DNA of 64,000 nucleotides, from assembly GCA_964016885.1 (NCBI GenBank), contig OZ024741.1, positions 278,318,001 to 278,382,000 of the forward strand, written 5' to 3'. The notes beneath the pieces are model-generated. The model did no database searches. It was given only the letters and a program-made list of their open reading frames with translations, and was not told the DNA's origin. Each line of letters starts with the position of its first letter. The first letter of the stretch is position 1. Position numbers and translations under genes: made by a program. Positions 61,140-64,000 of the stretch are shown here, piece by piece. The stretch comes from Eledone cirrhosa (lineage: Eukaryota).

Positions 61140-61780
61140 AAAACTTATTGACACGACTCACACACCAATACTCATGCATACAAACCACAACCACACATAC
61201 CAACACTCATTCATGCATACAATCACAAACATATATATATACATATATTACCGACAGTACTGATACAAAATCAAAATCAAAATCAAAATCGTCAAAATCA
61301 CTATCATGTCAACTGTTGACCTTTCCCAGTCCAGTTCGGCTTGTATATAATAATAATAACAATAATAATTGTTTGCTTTACGCTGGTAATGGCGGTGGTG
61401 GATGGTGTCAGTGTGGTGGTGGTGGATGGTATCAGCGTGGTGGTGGTGGATGGTCAGTGATGGTGGTGGCAGTTGTTGGTGCTGTAGTTGTTATTGTAGT
61501 TGTTGTCGTTGTTGCTGTTGTTGTTGTCCTTCATTTCACTGCTGCTGTTGCTGCAGACAATGGTGTTGATGCTGTTATTGCTGTCGCATATATACAAATA
61601 CATACACACACACACATTCAACACAGACGATGGTGTTGTTGCTGTTGTTGTTGGTGTTGCTGCTGTTGTTGTTGTAGTTGTTGCTGTGTTGAAATCTGGT
61701 CACGTCCACTGAGATATACATATACACACACATACACATATGTATATACACATACATACATCAAAAGAGAGTCAGCAGTA
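61140..61780. repeat. Mixed microsatellite / low-complexity tract ((AAT)n, (GGT)n, (GTT)n, (CA)n, (TA)n)
   Basis: Visible simple repeats. Confidence 0.85.
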
Positions 61781-62127
61781 TGTCAACAGGGGATAGGACA
61801 GCGACCTTAGAGTAATGTGGTGATGGTGGGGAGCGAGTGTAGGCGTTATTGTTATTGTGGTGACGGGGGGTCAGTGAGATGTTACAAGTTCATAGATCAC
61901 TTCTCTCTTTTCCTCTCTCTTCAAAATTTTGAATTTATGGCCTTTTGCAATGGCGGATAAGTATATATAATATATATATATGAAGCAAAGAAAAGAAAAT
62001 TTTCACTGATATGAAAGATTTCCTGGTAGAAGTTCAGGTGTATTCAGTGATTGGTATCCAGTTTCGGGGTATCCAATTAGAAAATCCAACGAATCTTTAA
62101 GATTGCATATATATATTATATATGCAT

Positions 62128-63915
62128 ATCATCATCATCACCGTTTTACGTCCGTTCTTCCACGCTAGCATGGGTTAGACGGGTTGTCCTGTTGTGGGCA
62201 GTGTCTGGTCGGCTGACCATGCCTTGTTCATACAGGAACTGATCTGGCTTGATTTCTACAGCTGGATGCCCTTCCTAACACCAACCTCATTTACAGTGAG
62301 TGCTGGGTGCTTTTTCGTGGCGCCTACACGTCCACTTTACAGTGTGGGCTGGGTGCTTTTTTGCCGTGGGCACCTCCACGACCACCTTGCGGTGGGGGCA
62401 TATTGTCTATATGCTTCAGCTTGTACCCATGGGAGGTCGGGTACTCTGTATTACTGCGTGACGCCAGAAGTCACGGTCGTGTGTCATTGCCTTTGAGAGG
62501 TGTAATTAGGTAAGGTCGGCTTTTATCACCTCATCCCAGGTCATCTTGGGTCTCCCCACTCCGCGGTTTCCATCAACTTCTAGTGCTCTGCACCTTTTTA
62601 TGCAGCTGTCATCCTTCATACGCATCACATGTCCATACCAGCGCAACCGCCTCTCCTGCACACAGCATTTGATTCCTCTTATGCTCAGTCTCTCTCTCAA
62701 TTCATTTATGCTTTGTCGTTCACGTATATTACTGTTACACATCCATCGGAGCATGCAGGCTTCGTTTCTCTCTAATCTACGTAAGTCTTCCACCTTCAGC
62801 GCCCAGGTCTCACTACCATGTAACATTGCTGTTCGGATACACGCATCATACAGTCTGCCTTTCATTCTGAGGGAGAAGCCTTTTGCAGCTAGCAGTGGTA
62901 GTAGTTCCCTAAACTTCTTCCATCCCGTTCTTACCCTAGTTATTGTACTTTCTGAACACCCACCTCCGCTGCTAATTCGGTCACCTAGGTAGCAGAAGCT
63001 GTCTACTGTTTCTACAGAGCCCTCCCAGAGATTGGTGGTACTTGTTTCCTGTGGCTGTTTGCTGCTTGCTGTCTCAGCACAGCTGCTGCATGTGAAGCCT
63101 ACATTCTTAATTAAGCTTCCTGAGATCCCGCTACATCTCTTGTGTACCCATTGTTTGCATTTGGGGCAGAGAATGGAGTTCTTACCTACACCTTTCCTAC
63201 ATACTGAGCAAGGCCATTTCCCTGAGGGGATCTGGGTTCTGTTTTCTCGTCTACTTACAAGGACCTTAGTCTTTGTCATGTTGACTTTGAGACCCTTTCT
63301 TTCTAGTCCCTGCTTCCAAGTTTGGAATTTCTTCTCTAGTTCTACCATAGATTCAGCTATGAGTGCGAGGTCATCAGCATACAGGAGTTCCCATGGGCAT
63401 CCGGTCTTAAACTCCTCCGTTATTGCCTGCAGGACTATGATGAACAGGAGGGGGCTAAGAACAGAGCCCTGGTGGACCCCAACCTGTACGCTAAATTCCT
63501 CGCTATACTCATTGCTAATCCTAACTTTTCTGACTGCTCCCCTATACATGGCTTGTACAGCTTTCACAAGCCCACCAGATTACAGCACATGGAACTCTGT
63601 CAAAGGCTTTCTCAAGGTCGACAAATGCCAAGTAGAGTGGCTTACTTTTAGCTAGGTACTTTTCCTGTAATTGCCTCACAAGGAAGAGGGCATCAGTGGT
63701 GCCTCTTCCTGGTACAAACCCAAATTGCATCTCGTCTATTTTCACCCGGTCCCTAATCAACTGTGCTATAATTCTTTCTGTTACTTTCATGACCTGGTCC
63801 ATCAGCTTTATACCTCTATAGTTTCCTCTATCTAGTGCATCGCCTTTACCTTTGTAGCAGTTGACAATGATGCTACTGCACCAATCTTTTGGTATGACAC
63901 CTTCCAGTATTTCCT
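62128..63915 (-). mobile_element. RTE subfamily C, 5'-truncated, with frameshifting deletion and premature stop
   Basis: ORFs 63542-63802 and 62506-63567 (YADD, PHD-type finger); TAA at 62506-62508 where the 7169 copy has CAA; 3' UTR modules and tail. Confidence 0.93.
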
Positions 63916-64000
63916 GTATTTTGTATATATATGTATATATATAGTATATATATAATATATATATTATATATGCATATGTATTTTGTATATATATATATAT

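Noticed and set aside
61148-61810. 220-aa ORF with poly-Cys/Val/Asn, and the many YIYI ORFs elsewhere
   Set aside because: Microsatellite translations.

Overview
AT-rich, repeat-saturated eukaryotic DNA, most likely from an octopus or related coleoid cephalopod (inferred from the recalled SINE/RTE families, not proven). The only host gene recognised is an axonemal dynein heavy chain (DNAH6-like) on the + strand. Six GT-AG exons (38729-46192) splice in frame and encode AAA1 and the start of AAA2. The adjoining exons are not recognisable in the window, so the rest appears to be intron. That intronic DNA holds at least three related RTE-clade LINE subfamilies whose ORF carries a C4HC3 PHD-type finger after the RT domain, including one copy with an uninterrupted 1022-aa ORF. 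It also holds a CR1-type LINE, a Penelope-like GIY-YIG remnant with several fold-back elements, a DD37D (maT) transposon nested in an RTE, tRNA-derived SINEs, and 21-, 23-, 28-, 49- and ~90-bp tandem repeats. The most notable observation is a ~50-nt module predicted to fold as two tandem mini H-type pseudoknots with compensatory base changes. It sits in the 5' UTR of one RTE subfamily and the 3' UTR of two others, varies in copy number in non-autonomous derivatives, and is amplified ~50-fold as the 49-bp minisatellite just upstream of a dynein exon. Also notable are a palindrome carrying two minimal hammerhead ribozyme motifs, and dynein codons that A-to-I editing would restore to the conserved residue.
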